Source of the DNA: Zygnema circumcarinatum SAG 698-1b
Taxonomy: Eukaryota > Plantae > Zygnematophyceae
Length of the DNA: 64,000 nucleotides
NCBI GenBank assembly: GCA_037447605.1
Contig: CM074814.1
Span: forward strand, 2,852,001-2,916,000
Direction of reading: 5' to 3'
The notes under the pieces: generated by a model
The model's input: only the letters and a program-made list of their open reading frames with translations
Told to the model about the DNA's origin: nothing
Database searches by the model: none
Shown: piece after piece, positions 13,301-25,700 of the stretch
How the letters are laid out: every line of letters begins with the position of its first letter
Position numbering within the stretch: the first letter of the stretch is position 1
Translations under genes and position numbers: made by a program

Positions 13301-16300
13301 CTATAACTGCCTCAATTGAAGACCGCACTTGAATTTGAGGTGCCGACCTCCGTGAAGGTCCATACTTTCCTAAGTCATCTCGAGTGTAAAAATGAGCGTT
13401 AGCAGTAATTAAAGTGAGAGCGACTCACATTTGCAGGGTCCACTACCTCTCCCTCCGCCATGGGCTTCACTCGCGAGGGAGCTCCGGAGGGAACACTAAC
13501 ACAATTTCTGAACCCCGCCTCCTCGACGGAAAGTTTATCCATTTCGCCCTCAACCTGCACAAAGACTACACGGAGACAAGTGAAAATTTACACACTTTAG
13601 CACTAAATGCTTCATAAAGAGGCGAGATTTGAGTTGTCCACTACTCAGATCATTACATCTCGAGTCTAGTTGCATGCCTTAAGGGTTCTGGATATGGCAG
13701 AGGTGAGTTTCAAGGGGTTGGGGCTTGTGGGTTCTTGGGGTTACAAGGGTTCAGAGTTTACAAAATATAACTTTCAAGGGTTTCTTGCACTGAATGATCT
13801 TCAAGATCATAAGAATTTTAATACTTAAAGGTTAACATCTTTTGATTTTTTTGGTTATTTGGTCCTGAGGCTCTTCACAATAAAAGCCTTAACGAGCAAA
13901 TTCTCTCACAATGATGATAGTCGTTTGACCCTTAATGTCGTCTACACCATAGAAGACCTTCTCTCCTCCCTTCACCTGCACATTATCCCACCAAAGTCAA
14001 AAAAACGTAAAAAACGTCGCGTATAGACCTCCTTAACTAATACTGTTCATTCAGTCGTCATTACGTTGGTATGTTACTCGCTTTTTGGAGCTGTAAAAAT
14101 ATTCAAGATATGACGTATCCCCCTTCCTCCCCCCCCACCATAACCCCCTCCCCTCATCCTCTCACTTCCCCCCTCACCCGCCCCCTCCTTCCCCACTCCC
14201 CCCTCCCTCCCCACTCCCCGCTGCCCTCTCTCTCTCTCGTTATCTATCTCTCCTTCACTTTCTTTCTCTCTTACTCTCTCGTGCAAAAACGACTCAAGTA
14301 ACATGCACGTTCATTTGAACGCTGTTTCAAGCAACTTCATACATGCTATAAACAGCGCAATTTGGGTATAACTATCCGTTGAACAGGAGTGCATGAATAC
14401 CTGCCAGAACTGCTTCACGGGCGCTCTGTACTTACAGTTCACCACCTCCCCATCGCGGAAATATGGAAAGGCCAAGGCCTTAACCTGGACCACATATCGC
14501 CCTGCAGAGCTCAGGCTCAGAAACCCTAAGAATCGTCTAAAACCTAACAACGTAGAACGTAGACACTGCCTTCTGTGAAATCTAAAAATATTCTTAAAAT
14601 CCCCATTTTAAGAATAGTTCACGTCATGAAAAAGGGAGAAAGGTGAACAAAATGAGTGTCAAGACTTTGAAACCTAAGGATCCTAGAATTCTAAAAACTC
14701 AAGTCCTTGATTTCGCACCTGTAAAGGAATAGGTCAAGATGCTCGAGGAGTAGGGAAGGAGAGGTGATGACAGTGAGTCGGAGAGCAGTAGAAGAAAAGT
14801 GAGAGAGAAGTGGGACAAGGGAGAGAGCTTCTCACCTTCTTCCTCTGTTGCGGGCAGTACGCGAACTCCTGCGCCACTCCGTTGCGCAGTAATGTTTCCC
14901 GGGATATTCTCCGAACCTGAAAGAACTCCAACATCTGAACCCGCAACCCAATGTGGTGCAGATAAATCTCTCTAAACATATCTCTCTCTCTCTCTCTAAG
15001 CTTACAAAGCCTAGCCTCTATCCTCGAAAGCCTAAGCACCTTTCAGACCCCAATACTAAACGAAATCCCAAAACGCGCCCAACAAGACCCAAATACCCAA
15101 GAAATTTTGAAGCTCACAAGGCCGTAAATTGTCCGAAAACACGCTAAGCCTCTAGAAACCCGAAACAAACGCTTCAACACCTTAATGGACTTCTGAACCA
15201 TCTTCACATGAAGTTGAGCAGCACCTCCTCATCGAGTTCTTCAAAGCAGAGATAATCCAACTTTGGAGGTCTCCCTGCTTGCCGTACCGACCTCTTACGT
15301 GCCGTCAGCTGTCCCTCTCCCTCCTGCAAACTGCTGGAGGTCAAACTTTCTACATTCACAGAGGAAAGTGCCACGTCATCCACTTCAGAGGTGACAGGTG
15401 GCAGCGCCGGATTCGATGAGCCATTTCCCATGTATGCAGTTGAAGCCATGGAGCGTCTCGGGCGAGGTTGATAGGCAGGAAGCTCAGGTTCGGGGGAGGT
15501 TCCCTCCTGTAAATACATTGCATTCGGTCGCGATATGTGATGAGGAGAGAGAGGTGTGCTAGGTGTACTGAGATTCTATGAAAAGGGAGAGTGGAGAATC
15601 GATGGACGAGGAGAAAGATAGACGGAGGGAGGGATGGAGAGGTGCGAGAGAGAGAAGGAAGTAGTGTGAAATGGAATCGAGTGTACCCTTAAGGTGCCTG
15701 TGAATCCGCAGGTGCCTCGAAAACAGACCCATACGGCAGAAGCACTGCAAAGAACTCGTTACGACAGACAAAAGAATGCCTCCGGCTAGGTCTCAATTTT
15801 TTGGAGGACATCACGATTTTATGTTTGATAGGAATGGGAAATAGTCCATTCACAAGTTTACCCGGCTTTTAGTACGGATTAAGGATGCATCTTTCAAATT
15901 TATTTATTGATTTATGCTTATGAATGGAGTACATTGACGAGTTTGAAAACATAACATTCGTCTTATGTTCTTGAGAGAGAGCGAGAGTTTAATACCCGTC
16001 TTCATTGACTCTCAATGCCAGAGACCTCTCACGATTCCGCCCTCCTGCACACTGCATTGCACTATATGTAACAAATGTCCTTCAAAATGTGAAAAAATCT
16101 TGAAGTTCCTGATCTTTATCTGGTTAAGTAGTTACTTTTAAGTGGTTGAATTGCACATGATTATCAAATCAATAGCAAAAGATTAACAAGCTTTCACCAA
16201 TAGTTGACTGAATCGTACTGTCGAACAACAATCTTCAATACGATACGATATTATACAGTATCATACAATACTATATAACACCAATTATACTATACAAAGT

Positions 16301-16946
16301 TGTACCTGTGGGCAGCGTAGCCGATGCTGGCCAGGTACATAGCTCGGAAGGAGCAGTCCCTGCTCTTCCAGAAGGTCTCGCAGAGACCTCCCATATGTGT
16401 CTGCATGCATTCAAGTTATAAATGGTTTTTATATAAGCAGTTTGTGAGGCTGTATAGCTGCTAACAGCTTGAATCACAATTGAATCACAATTCAGAAATC
16501 TTATGTTCTAATCTAGTGCCGCCATGAGAAGCCTTAGACACCGTGAGCACGAGAGGCAGACAGAGAGAAAGAGGAAAGGAGAGAGAATGAGAAGAGAGAG
16601 AGAGGAAAAGTGAGAGAGACCGAGAGAGAGGGGGAGATGCCGACTCACCGACAGACGAAGATGCCCTGCTTGACATATCCATCCTCTTCCGTCTGCGGCT
16701 GCTTTTGCCGCTATGACTGGCCCCGGCTTGCAGCGCAGAAACATCTCGTTCTCTCGTTTGAATTGTTTGAATCCTGTGACTTTCCTGATTGTGCTGAATC
16801 TGCTTCATACCTCCGCAAGCCGTCGCCGAATGCTGCGGCTTCCAGCCGTCCTCTCCAATGCCTCTTCTCTCTCCTCGATTCCCATATGCAGGGAGTCTCC
16901 GCTGCAGGGAGTGAGAAGCCAGGGAACCGTGGCTTGCGGCAGCCAT
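8834..16946 (-). CDS. TWINKLE: Twinkle-like organellar DNA primase-helicase (Zn-finger, TOPRIM and SF4 helicase domains)
   Basis: First exon 16649-16946. Zn-finger exons read HRLRCPQ / CAGGRNRERSL / WVCFRGTCGF. Later exons read FFQVRRISRETL, LAFPYFRDGEVVNCKYR, VEGEMDKLSVEEAG (TOPRIM), IILATDADEPGNALAEELARRLG, KDANEV, Walker A TGVPNSGKSEW, LVIDPYNELDH, HVWFVAHPKQ, ISGSAHFVNKCDNG and VKKVRNKMAGTIG (9422-9489). Last exon 8834-8915 ends in TAA. Some internal boundaries are approximate. Confidence 0.93.
12172..12181. other. Assembly gap (10 N)
   Basis: Run of n inside a G-rich Twinkle intron. Confidence 0.98.
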
Positions 16947-17084
16947 AACTAGAGCCGGAGCCTGTCGGAGGCGGGGAGGTGGCTGCTTTCCAGCTGTCAG
17001 GGAGAGAGAGAGAGCTCAGAGAAGGGGAGAGAGCGAGCTGAGAGAGGGGGAGAGAGAGCGCTCCATTGTCAATTGTCACACGCC

Positions 17085-17240
17085 AAAGTATCGTCTGGAC
17101 GGACGGTATATCGGAGTTACGATACGAGGTAATATTAGTATTGTAATAATATTTTATCAATATGATACGATACAATAGAAAATATCTGAGAAAATGCGAT
17201 ACGTTACGATACGATATTAAAATTTGCGATACGATATTAG
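17085..17240. promoter_or_regulatory. Short bidirectional promoter (Twinkle / REP) with CGATA cluster
   Basis: Only ~340 bp separates the ATGs at 16946 (-) and 17284 (+). The interval carries repeated acgatacga / gcgatacg / cgatatta motifs. Confidence 0.5.
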
Positions 17241-17283
17241 GGTACCGCCTGCAAGACGGCTCCATTAAGAGCTGGAGCTGGAG

Positions 17284-18592
17284 ATGGAGACGGAGATGGA
17301 CATGGAAGCCATGGAGGGGGAGGAGGAGGCCATGGAGGGCATGCGCGCCGGGGAGCCCCCCATCGAGCCGGACATGGCGGATGTGATTATAGTGGGAACT
17401 GGCCTCCCGGAGTCTCTCCTCGCAGCAGCAACGGCCATGGCGGGGAGAAAGGTGCTACATCTCGACAGCCATGGCTTCTACGGCGGGCCCTGGGCCACTG
17501 TCCAGCTTTCAGTCCTCTCAAGCCTGGATCCCTCTTCGCAAAAGCCTTCTCTCATCCCTGAAGAAATTAGGGTTCCCATGGCTGCCCCGAGCCCAAGCGA
17601 TGCCGAATTGCTTCCATCAGGGTTTGCGGGAAGCGACTTTTCATTCACAGGCTCCTTGCAGAATATTTCGGAGAAACTTTCTGCATATTCGGTGGATTTG
17701 AGTGGTCCGAAGCTGGCTTTGTGTGGGGAACCTCTGGTGGATGTGCTCATACGCGCGGGAGCGCATAACTACTTGGAGTTTAAGCCCACAGATGGCGTCT
17801 ACATGTGGCGCAATGGAGCGTTGTTGCCCGTTCCGACTTCCAGAGCGGATGTGTTCCGCGCTTCCATGTCGCTCTCGGAGAAGCGCGTGGTTTCCAAGTT
17901 CTTCAAGAGAGTCATGGATTACATGGCTCAACAGAGGATTCATGATGCGCCTGGCGAGAGCCATGGGCAGGGCCATGATGATGGGCATGGGCATGGGCAT
18001 GACCATGGGCATGGGGATGGGGATCGAGGTTCTACGGAAAGCAGTTTTTCACAAGAGGATATGGATGCACCCTTTGTGGATTTTTTGCGGCGACAGCAAC
18101 TTTCGAAGGGCATCCAAGAGTGAGTTCTTTCTGTTCCGGGAAATTTAGGCCTCGCCTTTGAGGTATTAGGGTTTTGAAGTAGGGGAAATTCTTCAGTCTT
18201 GTTGAAAATGATGAACCATACGTTTTCTTTTTGGAGTTTGCATCAACTCCAAAAAGCTATTTTGCTGGTAGGGTAGGCAAACGGTCCGACTCTTTCTTTT
18301 CATCTGTTTTTAGTTGTGAATGAAATAAAAAGCTTTAATGATCCTGTCTCATAATTTCCCATGGCTATGCACTCACAGGAATAATTCTAAAATGGGTGTA
18401 GAGGGATATTTGGCTCTAATTGGCCTATGGATGATGGCAGGTTTGTTTTACATGCCTTGGCGCTTATAGCTGAAGATCAAGAGGGAGGAGAACTGCAAGA
18501 TGGGAAATTGAAATTGGTGAGCACACGAGAGGGATTGAAGAGTATGACACTCTACCTCGGGTCCATTGGCAGGTCAGAGAAGGCTCACTCGG

Positions 18593-18633
<41 letters not shown>

Positions 18634-21600
18634 AAGAGAGAGGAGTGTCGTTATGGTCGCGGTGTTGGAAACGTTTGTACAAGTCATTTTAGGAGTCTTG
18701 TTTGTCTTTTTTTGTCGGTAAAGCCCAATGCTGTTTGTTGCAATATTTCATCCAATGATGAGGACGAAACAAAGGAAACGCACTGCATTCCCGTCGAAAT
18801 TTCTTCATCACTTCTCTGGGTCGGGGTTTATTTGTCTTCGTCGGTTTTCGTCAATCGCACTGATAGAATTCCTCCATTTATGGACGTTTGGCATTTAAAT
18901 AGCTTTTCAGACTTGAGAAGGTTGGTTGGCTCGTTAGCCTCTGTTTTCTATTCCCTATGTTTAGGCTTTTTCTGGTTTTTTGCTCGTAATGCTGATGCAG
19001 GTTTGGGCCAGCTAGTGCCTTTCTCTACCCTCTGTACGGCCAAGGAGAACTCCCTCAAGCCTTTTGCCGAGTTGCTGCTGTCAGGGGCGCCGTTTATGTG
19101 AGATATTCTCCTTTCCCTCTCCTTCTCCTTTGTCAACTATTCTACTCTCTCCTCACTTCCTTTTCTGATTATCTCCCTCTCTTTTACTCTCCCTCCTTGT
19201 GAACGTGATCTTTACAATTTACTCCTCTTGCTCGCTTGCATGCGTCGGATATGCCCAAGTCTTGATCAATGTCATGCATGTTGCCAGAAGTGGTAGATCA
19301 CTAAGACTCAGTTTTTCTACTTTTCCAAGGGGGGTCTGTTTCAAATTTCATTTTTTAAAAGCTTTTTTAATGTGGATCGTGGCTGCAGGTTTTGAGGAGA
19401 TCCATCGATGCCATCCTTGTGAATAGCGTGCGCCTTCCTCCTAACTTTCGCCTAACATTTCTCGGGACATACGTGGAAAAATGAAACTTTTTGTTGTTCG
19501 ATCACCCCGTCGCAAATATGCAATATCACTATTCTCGTTCCCTCACTCTCTCTCCCCGCTTTTCATCGCTCTTGCCCCATCTCCTTGTAGTTTTGTGGCA
19601 AGCGGACCATAGACGGACCCCTCAGATATTTGACAACTCCAAAAACCGATTTCCTGAAATCCCTTAGAAGCCTAAAACCAGTTTATCGATCTCCTTGTGC
19701 CTTAAAATCCCAAGAAACTTCTCAGACGTCTAAAGGACAGGAAGACCAGATGCACTCGAACTCAGGAAGGCCAGAAAGTTTTATTTTTTGCAACTTCCAA
19801 ATGGTTAAATTTTCTATTGTCTTATAAGGCTCTGGGTACTGGGAGTCAACGTGCAGAGCTCGGGAGAGTGCGTGGGTGTTCGAACTAAAGCCGGACAACA
19901 ATTGTTTTCATCAAAATTGGTTCTTGGCCCTCTTTTTTGGTCATTACCAATAGAGAAAATTAGTGATTCAAGGCTTGAAGATGGGCAAGATGCAACACAT
20001 GGGTTCACGGAGACGAAACAGCTAGTGGAACAGCCAACAAAGCTTCCTCATGTATCGCGCTGCATCTGTGTAACGGATAGTTCTATATGCGAGGGCAAGT
20101 CGACTGTATTTCTCGTCTTCCCTCCCCATTGTGAGTTTGCATTGACATCATTTATTTCGTTCTTTGTCGTCCGTTGTCTACTTTCTTTCTGAAGGATTTT
20201 CCCGTTTGTGTCTTTCTGCCCGCTCATTGCCTTTCTGCTTCACACTTGCTCTCATTATCTCTCTTTTCTTCTCCCTTTCCTTCTCGCTCTCTCCTTATCT
20301 GTTGCCGTTAGCTTCGTGAGGCTCACTGATGCCCAGGAAACCCTAAATACTGGTCCCTTTCCCCCTTCCATTCTTCCCCTTCTCACTGCTTGTTCTCCCT
20401 CTCTCAACTTCCACTTCACCTTGATGTTAACAGCTTTGGCGAACTCTAATCCGCGAGCCATTCGCTGCATTCAAGTTGGCTCTGCAGCTTCTATGGCTCC
20501 CAAACACCAGTGAGTTTCCCCAATTCACAGTAGTGTGTTTGAGTGTTTACATTGAAAAGGGGAGTGACTTTGTGTTCGTTGAATTATAGGGAAGAGGTTT
20601 GTCATAGAAAGGAAGAAGGTATGGTACTCGTATGGTTCTCCCTCCCTCCCTCCCGCCCTCCCTATTTTGCATATGGAACGTTCAAGGTAGTTATTTTCTT
20701 CTGACATAGTACTGCAGCTCTCCTCCTGCAGCTTCATAGTGCAGCTTTCAACTCCCTCTCCCGATGGCTCTCCCGCTGAAGGCCTTTTGCGTCCAGCAAT
20801 GGAAGCGTTATTTACATTTCCTGAAACTGCCAACATTGGGACGGAAGAAGCCGGTTCATTGTCTGCTATGAAAGAGGAAGGAGGTCTTGTAGGTGAGGTT
20901 GAAATTGGGGGGAAGAAGAATGAGGAGAGAGAGAGTGGAGGTGGTAGAGAGGGAGAGGGTGCGCAGGTGGAGGCTAATGCATCCGTGGCCAATCGGGAAG
21001 GGACACCTCACGAAAATACGGAGAAGCGGGAAAGTGGAATGGAGACAAGAAAACCGAGGCTTTTGTGGGGCATGTTTTATAACCAGGAGTTGAAAAAACC
21101 ATTTAAAAAACAGGTGAGAATGGTCGAGTTTTCCTGTTTCCAGTTCTCAAAATTTCGACGGGCTGAGTTTTTTGGTGTTCGTAGTATTGGGGTTGATTTT
21201 TCCACATCCTTCTTTCTTTGTATGTCCCGGGCCAATCAGGTGGTGCCAGCTGGCATCGTTCTGTGCGGCGGACCAGACGAGACGATTGATTTCCGAACTG
21301 TTGTGGAGGAGGCGAAGAAGGTGAGAGCTAACGCATTGCCATAAAGTTCTGCAGTTTATGCCTATCTGAGGCCTGTGGTATTTTAGGGCACTGCTTTTCA
21401 GCAGTTCACGTTACATCAACCCTCAACATGTGCTTGTTTTTAGTTTACAGTAGTGAAGTAGAATGTCTAGGGGCTAGTTGTGAAAGAGCAGGAGAGGAGA
21501 AAGGGGGAGGGAAGAGAGAAGGGAGAGGAAGAGAGAGTGAGTGGTTGGGAGAGAGAGGCTATTCATTGATCAACCTTTGGTGTTGGGTGGTTTTAGGCCT

Positions 21601-21803
21601 TTGCTGAGCTGGCACCCGGGGAGCCGTTCTGCCCTGTCACTGCCTCTCCCCCTGATGAAGGAGAGGGAGAGGGGGAGGGAGAGGGGGAGGGGGAGGGAGA
21701 GGGGGAAACGGGAGAAAACGATGGTGTGGAGGAGCTGCTGAGCCAAACTCTGCCGGACGAGAGAAGTTTCACTCCCGCTGCTGACACTGCAGAGTCATCA
21801 TAG
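17284..21803 (+). CDS. REP: Rab escort protein 1 (Rab geranylgeranyltransferase component A, GDI/CHM family)
   Basis: Exon 1 (17284-18119) has [66 protein letters not shown] and [12 protein letters not shown]. Later exons read [58 protein letters not shown] and [18 protein letters not shown] at 21801-21803. The exact ATG among several in-frame ones is uncertain. Confidence 0.92.
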
Positions 21804-22429
21804 GCAATATTATGTTTTAACGTCCCAAATCTTAGCAGCCAATTGCCTCTAGTATTCCCTAACCCTAATAGTCTTAGAATTTAGTAGCCCTAAAAAGTCC
21901 CTGAAGGTTTCCGCCTCAGGCGTTGTCAATTTGTACTTGAGTGCTGAAGGATGTACAGGCGAGAATTGGGAACATGCACTTGTGGGGAAACATCGTGCAA
22001 GTAATGTGCCATGTGTATGGCACCATTCCATGTGGGCTCTTGTGCCTTCATGCTCACAATGTTGGCTTTATTGCTTTTACAACATGCATCCCCTTCCAAG
22101 ACGCACCCATCCAGTACAGAAATTGACAATCATTTAGTTTCATGCACTTCGAACTATGGTTTGGAGCATCGAATACAAGGTCGTTTGTCCACCGTCGATC
22201 TTGCATTGGTAGCGATGGATGCATCTTAACCGTTCAACAGAAAAATCATTTTGAGCCGTCGGATCCTTGCATCTCCAAAAAGTAACTGCCGATCACAGTC
22301 GATTCTGCACACGACATGGCTGCATCTGAGTCGTCGATTAGTGCGCTTGCGATGGACGCATCTGAACCGTCGATTTCTAATGTCATCAATCTCTACCGTC
22401 GATCTTGTTGACTGTTGAGTCTGACCAGC

Positions 22430-22667
22430 AGTATGACTATACCGATACGATATTTCTCGACTTGCGATATGTCCAATACGAAATTATCTGGTGTGCGATA
22501 TGCTAGAGACGATATTATTTAGTGCACCGTATGGCCGATACTCTACTATCTAATACGAGATCTGCCAATACGATATTTATTGGTTCGCAATATTTACGAT
22601 ACGATATTTTCGACCTTCTTGAAGGCGGCGACCGACCGCGATCCGTGGCTCCTCCGGCCGCCACGTG
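22430..22667 (+). promoter_or_regulatory. CGATA cluster plus G-box upstream of HCF136
   Basis: Repeated cgatacgata / cgatat motifs at 22440-22610 and CACGTG at 22662. ATG at 22787. Confidence 0.4.
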
Positions 22668-22786
22668 GGCCTGCGGGAGCCGCTTGTCGCCACGTCACTT
22701 CTGCCCCTGCCCTCCACTAAACACTCTCGCTCCCTCTCGTTTTCTCTCTCTCGCTCCCTTCCTTCCTGCAACTTGAGAGCGCAGCC

Positions 22787-25700
22787 ATGGCTGCCGTTCA
22801 AGCCCACCATGGCTGTCTGCTTACCCCCGCCGTCTCCACCATGGCAACTCGCAAGACCTCCTTCGTGCCCGCTCTCCGCTCTGGAGCTGACACGTGTCGT
22901 CTTGCCTCCCTCGTCCTCGCTCCCAAGGTGGCCCCATCCTCCCGCTCATCCGTCATGGCTTCTGCAAGCCATGGAGACGGAGAGGGGGAGGGGGAGAAGA
23001 GCAGAAGGGAGGTGGTAGCTGGAGGAGCAGCCATTGCATTGGCGTCCTCTCTCTCTCTCTCCTCTCTCTCTCTCTCCCCGGAGGCTGTGGCTGAGGATGC
23101 GATATCTGAATGGGAGAGAGTGCCATTGCCGGTTGACCCCGGAGTCGTTCTTTTGGATATCGCCTTTGTGCCGGATGAGCCTCTGCACGGTGAGCATTAG
23201 GGTACGAGGGTACTTAACTTTACTTAGAGTTGGCTGGAGGAGGAGGAGGAGGGAGGAGGGAGGAGGTGACTTGGGAAGTTTGAAGTTTTTTTGTGTTTTT
23301 AGGTTTGCTGGTTTTTGGGTGGGGAAGAGACAAAGATGAATGTGGGAGAGGAGAGGGAGAGTGTGTGTGAATAGAGGAGATATCGTGGGGGGTAATGTGG
23401 TGAGGGAGCGAGAGAAGCAGAGGATGTGGGCAAGAAAAGACAGAGAGAGGGAGGAATAGACGGAGACAATGTGAGAAAGGGAAGGGCGAGGGAGTGAGAG
23501 AAAGGATAGGACATGAGGGAAGAGATAGAGAGCGAGATCAAACAGTGTCAAAGAGGGAGGGAGAGAAATGAGGAAATGTGGAAAGTAAGTAGACTGAGAG
23601 AGAGCTGTTTGGTTTGGGGCCTGGGATGTAATGGCTGAGCCAGAATGTTGTGCTTTAACCCTTCTCTTTCGGGGGATCTATTTAATGTATGTGAATGTCA
23701 GCTCTTTGGAACAACTGCAATCTATGTGACTTTTTACATGTTTGCTCTCCCTTTCCCTCTCGCTCCCCCTCTCCCTTTCCCTCTTCCTCTCCGTCCCTCT
23801 CCCTCTCCCTCTCCCTCTCCCTCTCCCTCTCCCTCTCCCTCTCCCTCTCCCTCTTCCTCTCCCTCTTCCTCTCCCTCTCCCTCTCCCTCTCCCTCTCCCT
23901 CTCCCTCTCCCTCCTCCCTCTCCCTCTCCCTCTCCCTCTCCCTCCCTCTCCCTCTCCCTCTCCTCTCCTCTCTCCCTCTCCCTCTCCCTCTCCCTCTCCC
24001 TCTCCCTCTCCCTCTCCCTCTCCCTCTCCCTCTCCCTCTCCTCTCCCTCTCCCTCTCCTCTCCCTCTCCTCTCCCTCTCCCTCTCCCTCTCCCTCTCCCT
24101 CTCCCTCTCCCTCTCCTCTCCCTCTCCTCTCCCTCTCCCTCTCCCTCTCCCTCTCCCTCTCCCTCAGAACATGATGCATTCCATGTACAAGCATTACAAT
24201 GGAGAATGTTACTCCTTCACTGACCTTAAACTGTCGGATTTCCATGTGAAAAAATCGACTCCATCCGTTTGCTTCAGGCTTCCTTTTGGGAACGCGACAA
24301 ACGCTTTTGGAGACTAAGGACGGCGGAAAGTCTTGGACGGCACGAGAGATTCCGTCTGCTCAAGATGAAGACTTTAACTACCGATTTAATTCCATCAGCT
24401 TTGCGGGAAAAGAGGGATGGATTGTGGGAAAGCCTGCGATTCTTCTCCACACCTACGACGGAGGCGAAAGCTGGGAGAGAATTCCGCTGAGCGCAAGACT
24501 GCCGGGAACTCCGGTACGGACTTTTTAAATGTTGAAAATAGAGGGAGAGAGTGGGAGTGTTGCACCTGCTTTTGTTCAATGGGATACGGTAAAGGAGTTT
24601 CTTTCGTTTTCTTTTTGTGGAAGAGTACCACTTTGATACCTTTTTTCTCATTCCTTTTATTTCTATTCCTTATTTCCTAAATTTACGAAAGAGTTAGAGG
24701 GTTTCTCGGTGGTGGAGCAGCTGCTGATCAAGGCAGTGAGTACGAAGAATGCGGAAATGGTAACGGACGAGGGGGCGATCTATGTGACCTCCAACGCCGG
24801 CTACAACTGGAGGGCTGCGGTGGAGGAGACAGTCTCGGCCACTCTTAACAGGTGAGGGAGAGGAGGAAAGGGAGAGGGAGAGGGGGAGAGGGAGAGGGGG
24901 AAAGGGAGAGGGAGAGGTGGAGAGGGAGAGGGGGAGAGGGAGAGGGAGAGGGGGAGAAGGAGAGGGAAATGTGGAGAGGGAGAGGGTGGGGGGAGGCAAG
25001 ACTGCAGCCCTTCTTTATGGCATCGGCCACAGTTCCTAGGATTCTACACAGGACTAAGTTTCCTTTGTAGATTATACTGTTTTTACAGTATTGTAGCATC
25101 ACCCCACCACACTACCCCCATTGCTGATTTGGTCTTTCACGGTCATTTTTTCCAGAACCGTATCGAGTGGCATTAGCGGCGCGAGTTACTACACGGGCAA
25201 CTTCAACACCATCAACCGCTCGCCGGAGGGGGACTACGTGGCAGTCTCCAGTAGGGGGAACTTCTATATGACGTGGGAGCCCGGCCAGGTGGGGGCTAAA
25301 GCCATGTACTGCAAAATGCTAACTCTCGGAAACCCTAGAATTGCCCACCCCTTTCTTACCTTAAACGCGAGAAAGTTAACCTTAAAGAGCCGGCACTGTA
25401 GCGATGTTATACCCTTCAAGGCCTGGAACTTGAGAAACTGCAATTATTAAGGGCAATGCCTGTTTAAGCTTAAAGAGGTAATTGAACATTGCACATTTGA
25501 AGAGGCTGGCTGTTGATGAGAACTGAAAATGCCTCTGTTTTGAACTATTTTAATTTATTTTTAGCCCCATTTATACCCGATTTTCGTGTGCAGAGCTACT
25601 GGCAGCCGCACAACAGAACGAGCGCGCGCCGAATTCAGAACATGGGATGGCGTGCGGACGGTGGACTTTGGCTTTTAGTGCGCGGGGGAGGTCTCTTCTT

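Noticed and set aside
23645-24317. Several 159-192 aa Pro/Leu/Ser or Glu/Arg ORFs resembling extensins
   Set aside because: They are an intronic (CTCCCT)n microsatellite of HCF136 with no signal peptide.
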